DNA of 64,000 nt from Mobula hypostoma (Eukaryota), in NCBI RefSeq assembly GCF_963921235.1, contig NC_086107.1, forward strand, positions 108,440,001 through 108,504,000, read 5' to 3'. Below are positions 1 to 12,350 of the stretch, piece after piece. Position 1 is the stretch's first letter; each line of letters starts with the position of its first letter. Made by a program: the position numbers and the translations under genes. The notes below the pieces were generated by a model. It worked only from the letters and a program-made list of their open reading frames with translations, was not told where the DNA came from and did no database searches.

Positions 1-160
1 ATAGGGTCTTTTAAGACCCTCTTAGATAGGTACATGGAGCTTAGAAAAATAGAGAGCTATGCGCTAGGGATATTCTTGGCAGTCTCTCAAGTTGGTTACA
101 TGTTGGCTCAACTTTGTGGGCCAAAGGGCCTGTAATGTGCTGTAGATTTCTATGTTCTAT
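1..160 (+). mobile_element. CR1 LINE 3' end
   Basis: Same 3' sequence as 36925-37090, ending in a (ttctatg) tail. Confidence 0.75.
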
Positions 161-1552
161 TACCAGGATCTGCAGATTCTCCTGTCCCAGAATTCTAACT
201 CCGCTGGACTTTCTCACAAAAATGCTAGTCTTCCCCAAATTTTCACCCTGATTTCTAGGACTACCAGGACTGTCATATGGGATAACAGGGAAACTACATT
301 CGCATTCACTAGAGGTTGGTGAGACCTAAGAAGTTCTGAAATGCTCCACAGACCAGATGTTCCCCTGGTTAGGGAGTCAAGACAAGGTGAAGATATTGGG
401 TAAGTTACTTTGGACTGAGATGAAGAGAAATTTCTTGAGAGGGTGGGCAATTCACAAACAGAGAAGGTAGTGGATGCCAAGCCACTGACGTACTTAAGAG
501 TAGGAAGATTTCTAGATGCAAAAGGCGTCAAGATGGATGGTGGGGTGAGTATGTATATGGTCTAAAGGATCAGCCAGGATTGTATAAATGGAAAATTAGG
601 CTTCAAAATCCAAATGGCCAACTCCTGCACTGATTTTTTTGTTTTCAACCACTGTGCTCTCGTTCCCTTGTCAGGGGAAAAGCTCACCATGATTACCAGA
701 ATAGAATCACTGCATCAACTGAAGTCAGGTTCAGGGTAATCGTTAAGACTAGGAGAAGTGAGAATTGCTCTCGCTGAAGGAGATAAGGTTAAGAGGAGGC
801 TAAATCACGCTGTTTAAAGATAACCTCACAAGGGATTCTGACAGAGTAAAGATGGAGGAATTGCCTTCGGTGCCGTGAAGTTTGGCGCAGATATAAGGTG
901 AGCAGCAAAATAAAAGAAGGGAAGTTAGGAAAACTCCTGAATGATTGTCATATTGACCACAGCAGTCTTTGAAAGGCAACTGGTTTCAAATACTACAGAG
1001 GAAGATCTGGGAAAGGTGGGGAGGGCAGGGGACTTAGAATTTATTTTATTGTTTATAGGGTCACAGACAAAATGGGCCCATCACCCCTTCCTGTGACTTT
1101 CTGAGCTACGGTCTAAAAGACCCTTTCTGGCTGCTCATTACTTGCAAGGTGGTAAGTAACCAAAAGTTTTATAAACACAACCTCCAGGGTCTCTCGCAAG
1201 CCACTGCAAACTTTACCCAGAGGGTTGGTTTGGAACCAGCCCAGTGAAGGGCAGCCAATGAAATGAGTCACAGCCGAAGACTTGCATCCCTGACCTTTCA
1301 GTCAACTGTCCAGCCAAAATAAATGGGATCCAAAATAACTCATATCTATTCTCTTTTGGCAGCCAAGTGAACCTGAATTTATGAGACTTTGGGCACTGGC
1401 AATACTTTTGCATCAGCCACTCTTCCATGAGATATGTGATGTTCCAAAGCACTTTTTTCTCTGACTGGAACAGAGCAATTCATCAAAGATTTCATACCAT
1501 GTCCTTATTTAGTTACAACCATGTAGAGTTACCTTAAGACATTTTAAATATG

Positions 1553-1650
1553 TACACTCAGTAGTAATTTTATTACGTCCTGTACCTAATAAGTTCGCTA
1601 CTGAATGTATTTCTGTATGTTCTTGGTCTTCTGCTGCTGTAATCCGTCCA
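1553..1650. mobile_element. Tc1-derived MITE end (hairpin TIR pair), degenerate
   Basis: cactcagtagtaattttatta ... taataagttcgctactgaatg resembles the end of the element at 5891. Confidence 0.5.
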
Positions 1651-2023
1651 ATCTCTCTTCAGATCATAGCCCCGCTACCCCCAGAAATCTGACATAAAAG
1701 GAGAAAATCGCAGGACTACTCCACATGTACCACAGCCCTGCTATTAGCAATGCATGTTACCTTCTAACTTCTAATTGCCTCCATTTAATTGGTCTCGCTG
1801 TGACACAGATATTCCCATTGCACTATGTTCCCACAGCTTCTCTGCAACTTATAGTTAGATGTTTTTATCTTCTTTCCCATATCTGATAAACCTGAAACAT
1901 TATGTGTTCTCCTTTCCACAGACGCTGCTCGACCTGATGAGCATTTCCAGCGCTTTCTGTTTTTGTTTCTAACTAAGGCAGGCTCAGCAGTGCTCGCGCA
2001 CGGGAGAAGGAAATCGGAATTAC

Positions 2024-2121
2024 TGGGTACTCTGTTGATGGCTTTCAGTGGGCGGAGAACTCGGACTGTCCGGATCGCAGAGAGGCTGACATTCTGAAGG
2101 TCCAGTGAGTACTCCACCATC
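2024..2121 (-). CDS. CACNA1I: Cav3.3-like coding exon 4, domain I S3 end and S4 voltage sensor (98 bp)
   Basis: CTTTTGCAG|G ATG GTG... translates to [32 protein letters not shown], with the R/K-x-x repeat of S4. Donor is [19 protein letters not shown] and LKAINR favour Cav3.3. Confidence 0.95.
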
Positions 2122-2229
2122 CTGCAAAAGGGAGAAAAAGACACAAAGTCAACCAAGGCAAAGTGAGGACATTGGAGACACAAGAGGCTGCAAGTGCTGG
2201 ACTCTAGAATAACAAACAACATGCTACAA

Positions 2230-2545
2230 GACCATAAGTCGTAAGAGCAGAATTAGGCTATCCAGACCATCGAGTCTGCTCTATTATTCAATCACAGCTG
2301 ATTTATTATCCCTCTCAACACCAATCTTTTGACAACTTTTGATGCACTTACATGTATTTATTGATGTACCTGGCCCTTTTGACATATCTATCAACCTCCG
2401 CCTCAAATATACCCAATGACTTGTCCTCCACGGCCATCTGTGGCAATGAATTCCAAAGGCTAATGAAATTCCTCCTCATCTCTCTTCTAAAGGGATGTCC
2501 TTCTATTCTGAGGCTGTGACTTCTGGTCCACTATAGGAAACATCC
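2230..2545 (-). mobile_element. CR1 LINE 3' fragment
   Basis: (accataag) tail followed by antisense CR1 ORF2 C-terminal sequence. Confidence 0.75.
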
Positions 2546-2723
2546 TATACTGAGGGCATTGCCTGGGAAATCAGAATCTAACATCTCTATGGTACGTTAT
2601 ATGATGTTCCACAACACTTGACAGCTAATACTGAACAGCTGAGAATAGTGTTGAGTTATTAATTTAAAACCAGGTATCCAAAGTTAGGTGATGCTGTCAG
2701 TGAATTTATCAGGCAGAGACCCT

Positions 2724-3076
2724 TCATCATCGACACCTCATGTTATGTCTAGGTAGCCTCCAACCTGATGGTGTGAACGTTGATTTCTCTAACCTCCAGT
2801 GAATTTTTTTCTCCCCCTTTCCTCTTCTTCATTTCCCCATTCTGGCCCCTTACCTCTTTTCCTCGCCTGCCTATCACCTTCCCCAGTGTTCCTCCTCTTT
2901 CCTTTTATCCCATGATCTACTCTCCTCTCCTGTCAGATTTCTTCTCCTGTAGCCCTTTACCTTTTCCACCTCTCACCTTTCAGCTTCTTCAAATCCTCGC
3001 TCACCCACCGGCCTTCACCTATCACCGTCTAGCTTGTCCTCCTCCCACTCCCCCCACCTTCTTTTTCTGGCTTCTT
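2724..3076 (+). mobile_element. Penelope-like element, end of GIY-YIG ORF and pLTR; split by a CR1 and resuming at 4241-4280
   Basis: ggtagcctccaacctgatggtgtgaacgttgatttctctaac (GSLQPDGVNVDFSN) matches the copies at 21.7 kb and 49.5 kb. The pyrimidine-rich UTR resumes as cttccccc...agtcctaatgaagg after the CR1. Confidence 0.75.
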
Positions 3077-4240
3077 CACAAGACAAGACCACAAGACAAA
3101 GGAGCAGAAGTAGGCCATTCGGCCCATCGCATCTGCTCTGTCACTCCACCATCAGCTATACTATTCTCCCATCTAGTTCCAATTTCTGGCTTTTTCCCCA
3201 TACCCCGACTAATTAGAGACCTATCAATCTCTTCCTTAAACACCCTCAATGATCGGGCCTTCACAGCTGCATGTGGCATTGAATTCCATAGATCCACGAC
3301 CTTCTGGCTAAAAAAATTTCTCCTCATCTCTGTTTTAAATGGGTACCCTCTAATTCTAAGACTGTGGCCTCTTGTCCTGGACTCACCCACCAAGGGAAAC
3401 AGCCTTTCCACATCTACTCTGTCCAATCCTTTCAACATTCGAAATGTTTCTTTGAGATCCCCTCTCATTCTTCTATACTCTAATCAATACAGTCCAAGAG
3501 CCGACAAACGCTCCTCGTATGTTAGCCCCTGCATTCCAGGAATCATCCTCGTAAATCTTCTCTGAACTCTCTCCAACATCAGTACATCCCTTCTAAGATA
3601 GGGGGCCCAAAACTGCACACAGTATTCCAAATGAGGTCTCACCAGTGCCCCATAGAGCCTCATCAACACCTCCTTACTGTTATACACTATTCCTCTTGAA
3701 ATGAATGCCAACATAGCATTCGCTTTCCTTACTGCTGATCCAACCTGGTGGTTAACCTTTAGGGTATCCTGCACGAGGACCCCCAAGTCCCTTTGTATTT
3801 CCGATTTTTGAATATTTTCCCCATCTAAATAATAATCTGCCTGATTATTTCTTCGTCCAAAATGTACAACCGTACATTTCTCAACATTGTATCTCATCTG
3901 CCATTTCTTTGCCCACTCTCCTAAACTGACCAAGTCTCTCTGCAACCTTTCCGTTTCTTCAACACTTCCTGCTCCTCCACCTATCTTGGTGTCATCCGCA
4001 AACTTAGTCACAAAACCATTTAATCCATAATCTAAATCAGCGATATATATTGTAAAAAGAAGCAGCCCAACACCGACCCCTGCGGAACACCACTAGTAAC
4101 CGGCAACCAATCAGAATAGGATCCCTTTATTCCCACCCTTTGCTTTCTGCCTATCAGCCAATACTCCACCCATTCCAATATCTTTCCTGTAATTCCATGG
4201 GCTCTCATCTTATTAAGCAGCCTCTAATGTGGCACCTTAT
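3077..4240 (-). mobile_element. CR1 LINE, 5'-truncated, RT domain to 3' tail
   Basis: ORFs 3484-4011 (KFADDTKIGG...LVRPHLEYCVQFW) and 3076-3468 (MRGDL...RGHSLRI...FFSQKVVDLWNS) are separated by a frameshift. PQGSVLG lies near 4070. Confidence 0.92.
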
Positions 4241-4280
4241 CTTCCCCCTTCCTTTTCAGTCCTAATGAAGGATCTCGGTC

Positions 4281-5140
4281 AGATTAGACAAATGGGCAAA
4301 GAGATAGCAGATGGAGTGTCAGAAAGCGTATAGCCATGCACTATGGTAGAAGAAATAAAAGCATAGACTATTTTCTGAATGGAGAGAAAATTCGAAAATC
4401 TGAGGTGCAAAGGAACTTGGGAGTCCTCATGCAGGATTCCCTAAAGTTTCATTTGCAGATTGAGCTGGTGGTGAGGAAGGCAAATGCAATGTTAGAATTC
4501 ATTACGAGAGGACTAGAATATAAAAGCAAGGATGTAATGTTGAGGCTTTATAAAGCACTGGTGAGGTGTCACTTGGCATATTGTGAGCAATTTTGGGCCC
4601 CCTATCTAAGAAAGAATGTGTTGACATTGGAGAGGGTTCAAAGGAGCTCCATGAAATGATTCTGAGATTGAAAGGGTTGTCATATGAGGAGTGTTTGATG
4701 AATCTGGGCCTGTACTCACTGGTATTCAGAAGAATGAGGGGTGACCTCATTGAAACCTATCGAATGCTGAAGGCCTTGATAGAGTAGATGTGGATAGGAT
4801 GGTGGTGTGTCTAAGACCAGAGGGCCCAGCCTCAGAATAGATCGACGTCCTTTTAGAACAGAGATGAGGAGGAATTTCTTCAGCCAGTGAGTGGTGGATC
4901 TGTGGATTTCATTGCCACAGGTGGCTGTGGAGGCAAGTCTTTATGTATATCTAAGGCAAAGGTTGATAGATTCTTGATCAGAGCATGATCAAATAGCCAT
5001 TTGGTCAGGGCATGAAGGGACATGAGGAGAAGGCAGGAGACTGGGGCTGAGAGGGGAAAATGGATCAGCCATGAAGAAATGGCAGAACAGATTCGATGGG
5101 CCAAATGGCCTAATTCTGCTGCTAGATCTTATGGCGTTAT
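4281..5140 (+). mobile_element. CR1 LINE 3' fragment
   Basis: ORFs 4336-4659 and 4593-4787 carry CR1 ORF2 C-terminal motifs. Confidence 0.88.
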
Positions 5141-5339
5141 AACCAGTTTGCTCGAAGAGTGAATGCAGTTGAAGTTTTTAAAGCAACAGAATATCACAAG
5201 GGGCCTTGGAGATGACATCAAAAAGTGCTAAGGAAGCTTAACCAGTTCAAAGCATCGACTCAGCTGCTGTTTACAGTCATAGAACAAATGCAAAGCCAAT
5301 AGCTAAGTTGCAGAATCCAAAGAGTGTGGGTGAGACAGA

Positions 5340-5440
5340 CACAAACTGTTGTTACAGATGTAATAGAAACCATCCATCGTACATATGTCAACTTAAAACT
5401 GCCAAATACATTAACTGCTAGAGGAAAAAATGGCTAGAAA
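5340..5440 (+). mobile_element. Degenerate Gypsy gag zinc-knuckle remnant
   Basis: tgttacagatgtaatagaaaccatcca... translates to CYRCNRNHPSYICQLKTAKYINC*, resembling the double knuckle of Mag-like gag. Confidence 0.45.
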
Positions 5441-5649
5441 TCCTTACTGAGCAAGCTTAAAGCCAACACAGTGGATCAAAGAAACCTCAGTAATGTGATT
5501 ACTTCAGAGGAGGGAAGGGTTTGTAGCAGGAAGACGAAGCTGTGTTTCCGAAGCCACAGCGAACGCTGGACGTAGGTAGCAGTTTTGTGACCAGCGATAG
5601 CGGTGGAAAACGTAACAACTAATTTTATTGGAAGTAATTCAGGAAATTC

Positions 5650-5790
5650 AGTGTAGCTCGGGTGGTTGATGGTTGAGTTGTTCTCCGATCTTGGCAATTA
5701 CCAGCAGACGTTTCATCACCATACGGGGAGACATCAACAGTGTGCTGTTAATTACGCTGCCCAGATCGGAGAACAACTCAACCCTACCGA
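5650..5790 (-). mobile_element. Second Penelope-like pLTR family fragment with inverted arm
   Basis: Perfect 21-bp inverted repeat (5671-5691 / 5763-5783) encloses minus-strand CTGTTGA...GAAACGTC. Confidence 0.6.
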
Positions 5791-5890
5791 TTAATTTTAT
5801 CTTTGGAATGATGAAGGAGGCCATTCTGCCTCTCTGATCTCTGCTAGCTGCATGGAAACAATCCCATTAGTCCCATTCTCCCTACAATAT

Positions 5891-6450
5891 ACATTCAGTG
5901 ACCACTTTATTAATACCTAAATACCTAATAAAGTAGTCACTGAGTGTATTTTCAAGTCTTCTGTTGCTATCATCCATTCACGTCAAGCTTCAACATGTTG
6001 TGTGCTCAGAGGTGCTCCTCTCCACAGCACTGTGGTAGCACGTGGTTATTTGAGTTACTGTCACCTTCCTGTCAGCTTGAACCAGTCTGGCCATTCTCCT
6101 CTGACCTCTCTCATTAACAAGGCATTTTCACCCACAGAACTGCTGCTCACTGGATGTTTTTTGTTTCTCACACTGTTCTCTGTAAACTCTAGAGATTGCT
6201 GTGTGTGAAAGTCCCAGGAGATCAGCAGTTTTGGAGATACTCAAACTACCCCATCCGGCACCAACAATCATTCCATGGTCAAAGTCACTTAGATCACATT
6301 TCTTCCCCATTCTGATGTTTGGTCTGAACAGCAACTGAACCTCTTGACCATGTCTGCAGGCTTTTATGCATTGAGTTGCTGCCACATGATTGGCTGGATA
6401 GATATTTGCATTTACGAGCAGGTGTACTTAATAAGGTGGTCACTGAGTGA
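5891..6450 (-). mobile_element. Tc1/mariner-derived non-autonomous element
   Basis: TIRs approximate cactcagtgaccactttatta. Transposase N-terminal HTH remnant MGKKCDLSDFDHGMIVG...SISKTADLLG (ORF 6128-6385). Confidence 0.85.
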
Positions 6451-6626
6451 ATTTTCTCTCACACGGGCTTATCAATTCCTCTTTGTGCCATTAACTGACT
6501 GCAACAATGACAAAAAATTTGTTCCATGTTCTTTTCTGATTCAGTAAGGGGCATTCCCGTATGTATTCACCAACAAAGCAGTCACTGTACATACGTTAAA
6601 CCACAAGAAGGCAATTTATTGGCTAT

Positions 6627-6936
6627 TAAGACATCCGTTAGTCTTGCAAGACCATGGATCTGCGCCTGGAAAGTCTTCACTCTCCAGGGTGCAGGCCTGG
6701 GCAAGGTTGTATGGAAGACCAGCAGTTGCCCATGCTGCAAGTCTCCCCTCTCCACAACACCGATGTTGTCCAAGGGAAGGGCATTAGGACCCATACAGCT
6801 TGGCACCAGTGTCGTCGCAGAGCAACGTGTGATTAAGTGCCTTGCTCAAGGACACAACACGTTGCCTCGGCTGGGGCTCGAACTCACGACCTTCAGATCG
6901 CTAGTCCAATGCCTTAACCACTTGACCACGTGCCCA
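6627..6936 (-). mobile_element. tRNA-derived SINE with CORE-like central domain
   Basis: Minus strand has A box TGGTCAAGTGG, B box GAGTTCGAGCC, then tgtgtccttgagcaaggcacttaa. Confidence 0.8.
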
Positions 6937-7344
6937 CTTTATTAGTAATATTAAACATTTAATGCTGAAAGAAAAACAAATGGTTAACAAAGTAGTAGAA
7001 CAGAATTCAAACTAATACTTATCCACTAAGTGAGCTGATCTGCAGAATGCTGGAGGGAACTGCAGATCCAACTAACTTTCACACAGCCTTCTCTCTCACT
7101 GTCTCTCCAGATGTCCTTGTTTCTATGTCCAACCATCAATGATAGTAGCTTTTGTGGCCCAGCCTAAGAGATGATTTGTCCTTGCACAAAGAAATTGCCT
7201 CTTTTTATACCTTTGAAAACCCCATACACTAGCACTTTCTCATGATAGCCCAGTATTTGGTACCTGACCCTGGACAATGATCTCACTTTTCCCAGACAAA
7301 AATGCTAATTCATCACAGTCTACTCTCGGGGCTGTAGATTTGCA

Positions 7345-7710
7345 GTCCTTTCACTCATTTGTTATGTGCGATGTCGTATGACGTGGGTGATCACGGTCTT
7401 GACCACGACTGCTCTTGGCAAATTTTCCTATGGAAGTGGTTTGCCATTGCCGTCCTCTGGGCTGTGTCTTTACAAAACAGGTGACCCCCCAGCCTTTACC
7501 AGAGGTGGTCTGCCTGGCATCAGTGGTCACCTAACCAGGACCTGTGATATGTACCAGCTACTCATATAACCATCCACCACCTGCTCCCATGGCTTCACGT
7601 GACCTTGACTGGGGAGTTGGTGGGGGGTTAAGCAGGTGCTACACCTTGCCCAAGGGTGACCTGCAGCTAGTGGAGGAAACCTCCTTTGTTGGAGACGTAT
7701 CTCTAACCTG
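7345..7710 (-). mobile_element. RTE-related non-autonomous retroposon
   Basis: Minus-strand ggcaatggcaaaccacttcc resembles the RTE/BovB-type 3' region. A second copy lies at 50810-51790. Confidence 0.65.
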
Positions 7711-8099
7711 GCCACCTTTAACTTTCTCAAAGCAATCACATTCCCAACCAACGCCAATTTGTGTTACTCATTTTAGCATGTACAACTCTTTCCTTACTTA
7801 CATTGACACTAAATGGTCATTTATAGTGGCTATTTAGTCTACCAGCACATCTAGGGGTTTGAATTGAACCACCTTGTGTAAACCCATTCAGACAGCAAGG
7901 GTGGGGTTGGGGAGGGGACAAGTAATCTCCACACCGACAGCATTCGAGCTCAGGCTCCAACCCGGGTCTCTGGAGTTGTGAGGCAAACTGGACTTGCCAT
8001 TTTGAGGCAAAGGCGCGTGTAAACTGGTCAGCGTATCAATATGAGCATCGAAGTTGCTTAATCCTGGGAAGAAATGCATAATGTAGCTCAGACAAGTGT

Positions 8100-8460
8100 T
8101 GCTTAAGAAGAGCAAAGTGAAAACGAGTCCCTGGTGGGCAAAGGAAATGTGTCAAAGATAACAACAAGATCAGCCTGAAGAAATGCTACATGGCATCTGA
8201 AATCTGGGAAGACATTGCACTCAATTGATACACCCAGAGGAAATGTGTTCAAGAGGGAGATGCGCTACATGAGAACGACCTCCACTGTGTCACAGAGAAC
8301 AAGCGGCAGCTACAAAACAACTAAAAGACCCAACCACTAACTACAGCCAACACCTACCCTTGCCCACACTACACTGGAATATGTGGATCCCGGATCAGCC
8401 TCTACAGCTACCTGAGGACCCACCAATAGACAACTTCCTAGGAGAACATCATACTCGGTG
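8100..8460 (+). mobile_element. RTE LINE 3' fragment
   Basis: tgtggatcccggatcagcctctacagctacctgaggacccac (CGSRISLYSYLRTH) is typical of RTE ORF C-termini. Confidence 0.6.
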
Positions 8461-8739
8461 ATGTATTGAAGACTGTTTCATGGCTAAAATGTTTAGTGAG
8501 CCACAGTGGTCAGTAACCAGAACTACCAGTGGCTGTGGCTGACGATATTAATTGTTCAACATTAACAGACAAAGATTGGCTTAGAGAGTTGACAAGAAGG
8601 GGCATTTAGCTTCAAAATTACACTCAAGTGTGCTGTTGTGAAGGTCTATAGAAATGCTGAAGGGAAGTAGGTTACAAAACAAATATTCTGATAAAGCTAG
8701 GTTTAGAACCAATCCATCTGAGCTTTGACTGGTCCCACA

Positions 8740-9410
8740 CTGAGTACTGTGTATTGAGAAAGGAGTTGGGATGTCATGTTGAAATTGTACAGGACATTGG
8801 AGAGGCCTAATTTGGAGTATTGCGAGCACTTCTGGTCACCTGGCCTCAAGAAGGTGGCATCCCTCACTTAGGACTCTCACCAACCTGGAAACGTCCTTTT
8901 CTCATCACTATCTTCAAGGAGGAGCTACAGGTATCTATGAGATTGAAAGAATACAGGGAAAATTTACTAGCATGTTGCCAGGACTTGAGATCCTGAGTTA
9001 TAGAGAAAAGTTCAATAGGTTCAGACTATATTCCCTATAACGGAGGAGAAAGAGGGGAGATTTGACCGAGGTATGCAAAAATTATAAGGGAGACAGATAG
9101 GGTAAATGCAAGCAGCCTTTTTCCCCTGAGGTTGGGTAAGACTAGAACGAGAGGGCATAAGTTGAGTATGAAAGGTGAAATATTTAAGGAAACTTCTTCA
9201 CTCAGAAGGAAGTGTGCCTGTGGAACAAGCTTCCAATGGAAGTGGTATAAGTCGGTTCTATTTTAACATTTAGGAGAAATGTGGATATTACATTGATGGG
9301 AGGGGTATGGAGGGCTCTGGTCCAGGTGTGGGTCAACGAGACTAGACAGAGTAATAGTTTGACATGGAGTAGATGGGCCAAATGGCTTGTTTTATGATTC
9401 TATGAGTCTA
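8740..9410 (+). mobile_element. CR1 LINE 3' fragment containing an 86-bp foreign insert at 8843-8928
   Basis: RPNLEYC...FWSP and RRRRGDL motifs, ending in a (tctatga) tail. Confidence 0.8.
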
Positions 9411-9719
9411 TGGCATGAGTTGGAGGAAGAGCTGCATGAATTAGAATGGAATGGCATTCCAGTGAAGACTATCTAGAGTGAGAGGGCAACACCAATTGTA
9501 GCAGAAGTGAATACAGAATAGAGAATATGATTACTTTTGAGTGACATGACCGACAATGAGCAGTATCCTTTGCCTCCTTCAGAAGATTTCAATCCAGAGC
9601 GGAGAACAACAAATGCTTTCACCAAACTATGTGTCTCAGCTGAAGATGGATAAGTAGGGTAGGGAGTATTAACAATGCAGAGTCATAGTCGTAGAATCAT
9701 TGAGATATTGTGTGCAGCT

Positions 9720-10740
9720 TTAAAGTTCAATGTTGGAAATTTGAAGTCAATTTATTATCCAAGTTCGTAGATGTCGCCATTCATTTTCTTGTGGGCATTC
9801 ACAGTAAATACAAAGAAACACAACGGATTCAGTGAAAATAAACGGGCAACAATCAATGTGCAAGAGACATTATGTGCAAATACAAAAAAGAAAGAAACAA
9901 AATAATAAATAAATAAATAAATAAATAAGCAATAAATATTGAGACTATGAGATGAAGAGTCCTTGAAAGTGAGTTCACAGGGTGTGGGAACAGGTCAGTC
10001 TTGGGGTGAGTAAAGTTGAGTGAAGTTATCTCCTCTGGTTCAAGTGCAGATGGTTGAGGGGTAATAACTGTCTCTGGCCCTGGCGGTATAGGTCCTGAGG
10101 CTCCTGTACCACCTTCCTGATGGCAGCAGTGAGAAAAGAACATGGTCCGGATGGTGCCATGCCAACCAAGATGCTTATCTGAGTTATTGCCATTTGCCTC
10201 CATTTCATCCACATTTCTCTAAACCTTTGTATCCCTGTACCTGTTTTAAACATTGCAATTATATCTGCCTCTACAGCTTCCACCGGCAGCTCATTCCATA
10301 CACCCATCATCTTCTGCGTGAAAAGGCTTCTACATCTTGGAGCTTATATCTTGCATGTCACCAAAAACTTTTGCTAATTTCCATAGGTGTGCAGTGGAGG
10401 GCATTCTGACTGGTTTTATCACTGGCTGCTCCAGGAGCTCCAGTGCACAGGATCACAAGAGGCTGCAGAGGGTGATAGACTCAACCAGTCCCGTCATGGG
10501 CTCAACCCTCCTCACCATTAAGGACATCTTCATGAAGGCGTGCCTCAAGAAGGTGGCATCCCTCACTTAGGACTCTCACCAACCTGGAAATGTCCTTTTC
10601 TCATCACTATCTTCAAGGAGGAGCTACGGAGCCTGAAGACCCACACTCAACCATTTAGGAACAGCCTCTTCCCCTCCTCCATCAGGTTTCTGAATGGTCC
10701 TTGAACTCATGAACATTACTTTGTTCTTCCATTTAAAAAT
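9720..10740. mobile_element. Cluster of Rex1-type 3' fragments (9720-10150 minus; 10350-10740 plus) flanking a CR1 fragment
   Basis: ORF 10337-10570 (MSPKTFANFHRCAVEGIL...KRLQRVI) and LPSGRRY-type ends. Confidence 0.7.
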
Positions 10741-10774
10741 TTTTTAATCTTATTTTATTTTAGAGGTACACTGT

Positions 10775-11025
10775 AGAACAGGCCCTTCAGTCCCAATGAG
10801 CTGCACTGCCCAACAATCGATCTATTTAATCCCAGCCTAATCACAGGATAATTTACAATGACCAATTAAGCTACCAACCGGCACATCTTTAGCCTGTGGA
10901 AGGAAACCAAAGCAAACCCACACGGTCACGGGGAGAACATAGAGAAGGCGCTGGAGTTGAACTCCAAACTCTGAAGCCCCAAGCAATAATAGTGTTGTGC
11001 TAACTACTATTCTACCGTGGCACCC
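10775..11025 (-). mobile_element. V-SINE (HE1-like)
   Basis: Minus-strand tRNA-like head followed by the V-domain ttctccccgtgaccgtgtgggttt...ttccttccacag. Related copies at about 7840-7990, 21130-21300, 35645-35800, 42740-42955 and 44850-45020. Confidence 0.75.
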
Positions 11026-11204
11026 TTTTTTCGCAGTATTTGCTTATTTTGTAATTTTTAGCAAATTTTATTGCTTTGTCCCATACTGCTGCTGCAAACA
11101 ACAAGTTTCATGACCAAGGTCAGTGATAATGAACCTGTTTCTGATTCTGAAATCTTTCCCTTCTCACCGTAAATCTCTGTCTTCTATTTGTTTACTTTTT
11201 GTTT

Positions 11205-11555
11205 ATTGATAGAGCTGACGTGGTTAGACTTTTTCCATTGAGAGTGGGGAAGATTCAAATAAGAGGACATGGGTTGAGAATTAGAGGACAAAAGTTTAGG
11301 GGTAATATGAGGGGGAGCTTCTTTACTCAGAGAGTGGTAGCTGTGTGGAACGAGCTTCCAGCAGAAGTGGTTGAGGCAGGTTCTATGTTGTCGTTTAAAG
11401 TTAAATTGGACAGATATATGGACCGGAAAGGAATGGAGGTTTATGGGCTGAGTGCAGGTTGGTGGGACTAGGATAGGGTAAGAGTTCGGCACGGACTAGA
11501 AGGGCCGAGATGGTCTGTTTCCGTGCTGTAATTGTTATATGGTTATATGGTTATA
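11205..11555 (+). mobile_element. CR1 LINE 3' end
   Basis: ORF 11199-11471 (RGHGLRIRG...FFTQRVVAVWNELP), followed by a (ttatatgg)n tail. Confidence 0.88.
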
Positions 11556-11769
11556 TAGTTTTAGACTCACCTATTTTGGGAAAAAGACTGTGACCAGTCA
11601 CCTTTCCCAATCTTGCGCTCCTCTATAATGTTTCCCCTTGGCCTCCTACACTCAGGGAAAAATATCTCAGCCTAGCCAGAATCAGAATTGGAATCTGAAT
11701 CAGGTTTAATATCACTGGCATATGCTGTAAAATTTGTTAACATTGCCTCCTTGGTCTGCTTATAACATA

Positions 11770-12350
11770 TCCAGAGGAATCTTTGCTTCTATACAAAACT
11801 GTTGAATAGTGTGATATCATCACTGCTACGCTAGCTACAGTGGATATTGTATTACAGTATGCAACATATTAAACATGTTGACTCCTGTACTAAATAGACG
11901 TGTTATTGAAGAATTGAGATCTATTATCCTGCATTGTGGATTGTGAATTCCCAGACAACCAACCTCAATTTTGTTTATTTCTTTTTGAGCTCTTTACAAA
12001 ACAGAGGAGCATATTTCATCTTATCATCCAGAGTCGAATGGTGCATCTCAGGAGATCAGTAAAAAATTGTCGAGGATACTGCACTGAAGAAGCAAGCATT
12101 ACAGGGGAGCTAGGATTTGACAATGGGGAATCGATTAGAATTTTTTTTTTGCTAAACTGAAGAATAACGCGTTCCACGGCAGGTCATTATTCTGGTGAGT
12201 TACCAATGCGTAAAGACTCAAAATATGATTAAGCTTGGTTCTGCTAAATCTTGAGCAGAGAGTTGAAGACAAGCAGTTAAGGCATAAACAGTATTATGAC
12301 TAAGCCATGCAGAAAGGGTTTATACAACATGATGGAGGTTGAAAATTAAC
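11770..12350 (+). mobile_element. Degenerate Gypsy integrase remnant, probably continuing at about 13370-13650
   Basis: gacaaccaacctcaattt (DNQPQF) and tcttatcatccagagtcgaatggtgca (SYHPESNGA) match integrase-core motifs SDNGPQF and YHPQSNG. Confidence 0.6.

Noticed and set aside
1785..2222. 145-aa ORF as a stand-alone gene
   Set aside because: Only 2024-2121 is channel-coding and bounded by splice sites; the rest is intronic read-through.
2780..3565. 261-aa Pro/Phe/Leu-rich ORF
   Set aside because: It is a pyrimidine-rich PLE UTR joined to the antisense strand of a CR1, not a gene.
6860..6936. tRNA gene
   Set aside because: The tRNA-like head continues into a SINE body with no clear acceptor stem or T-run terminator. 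The same applies at 22330 and 27573.
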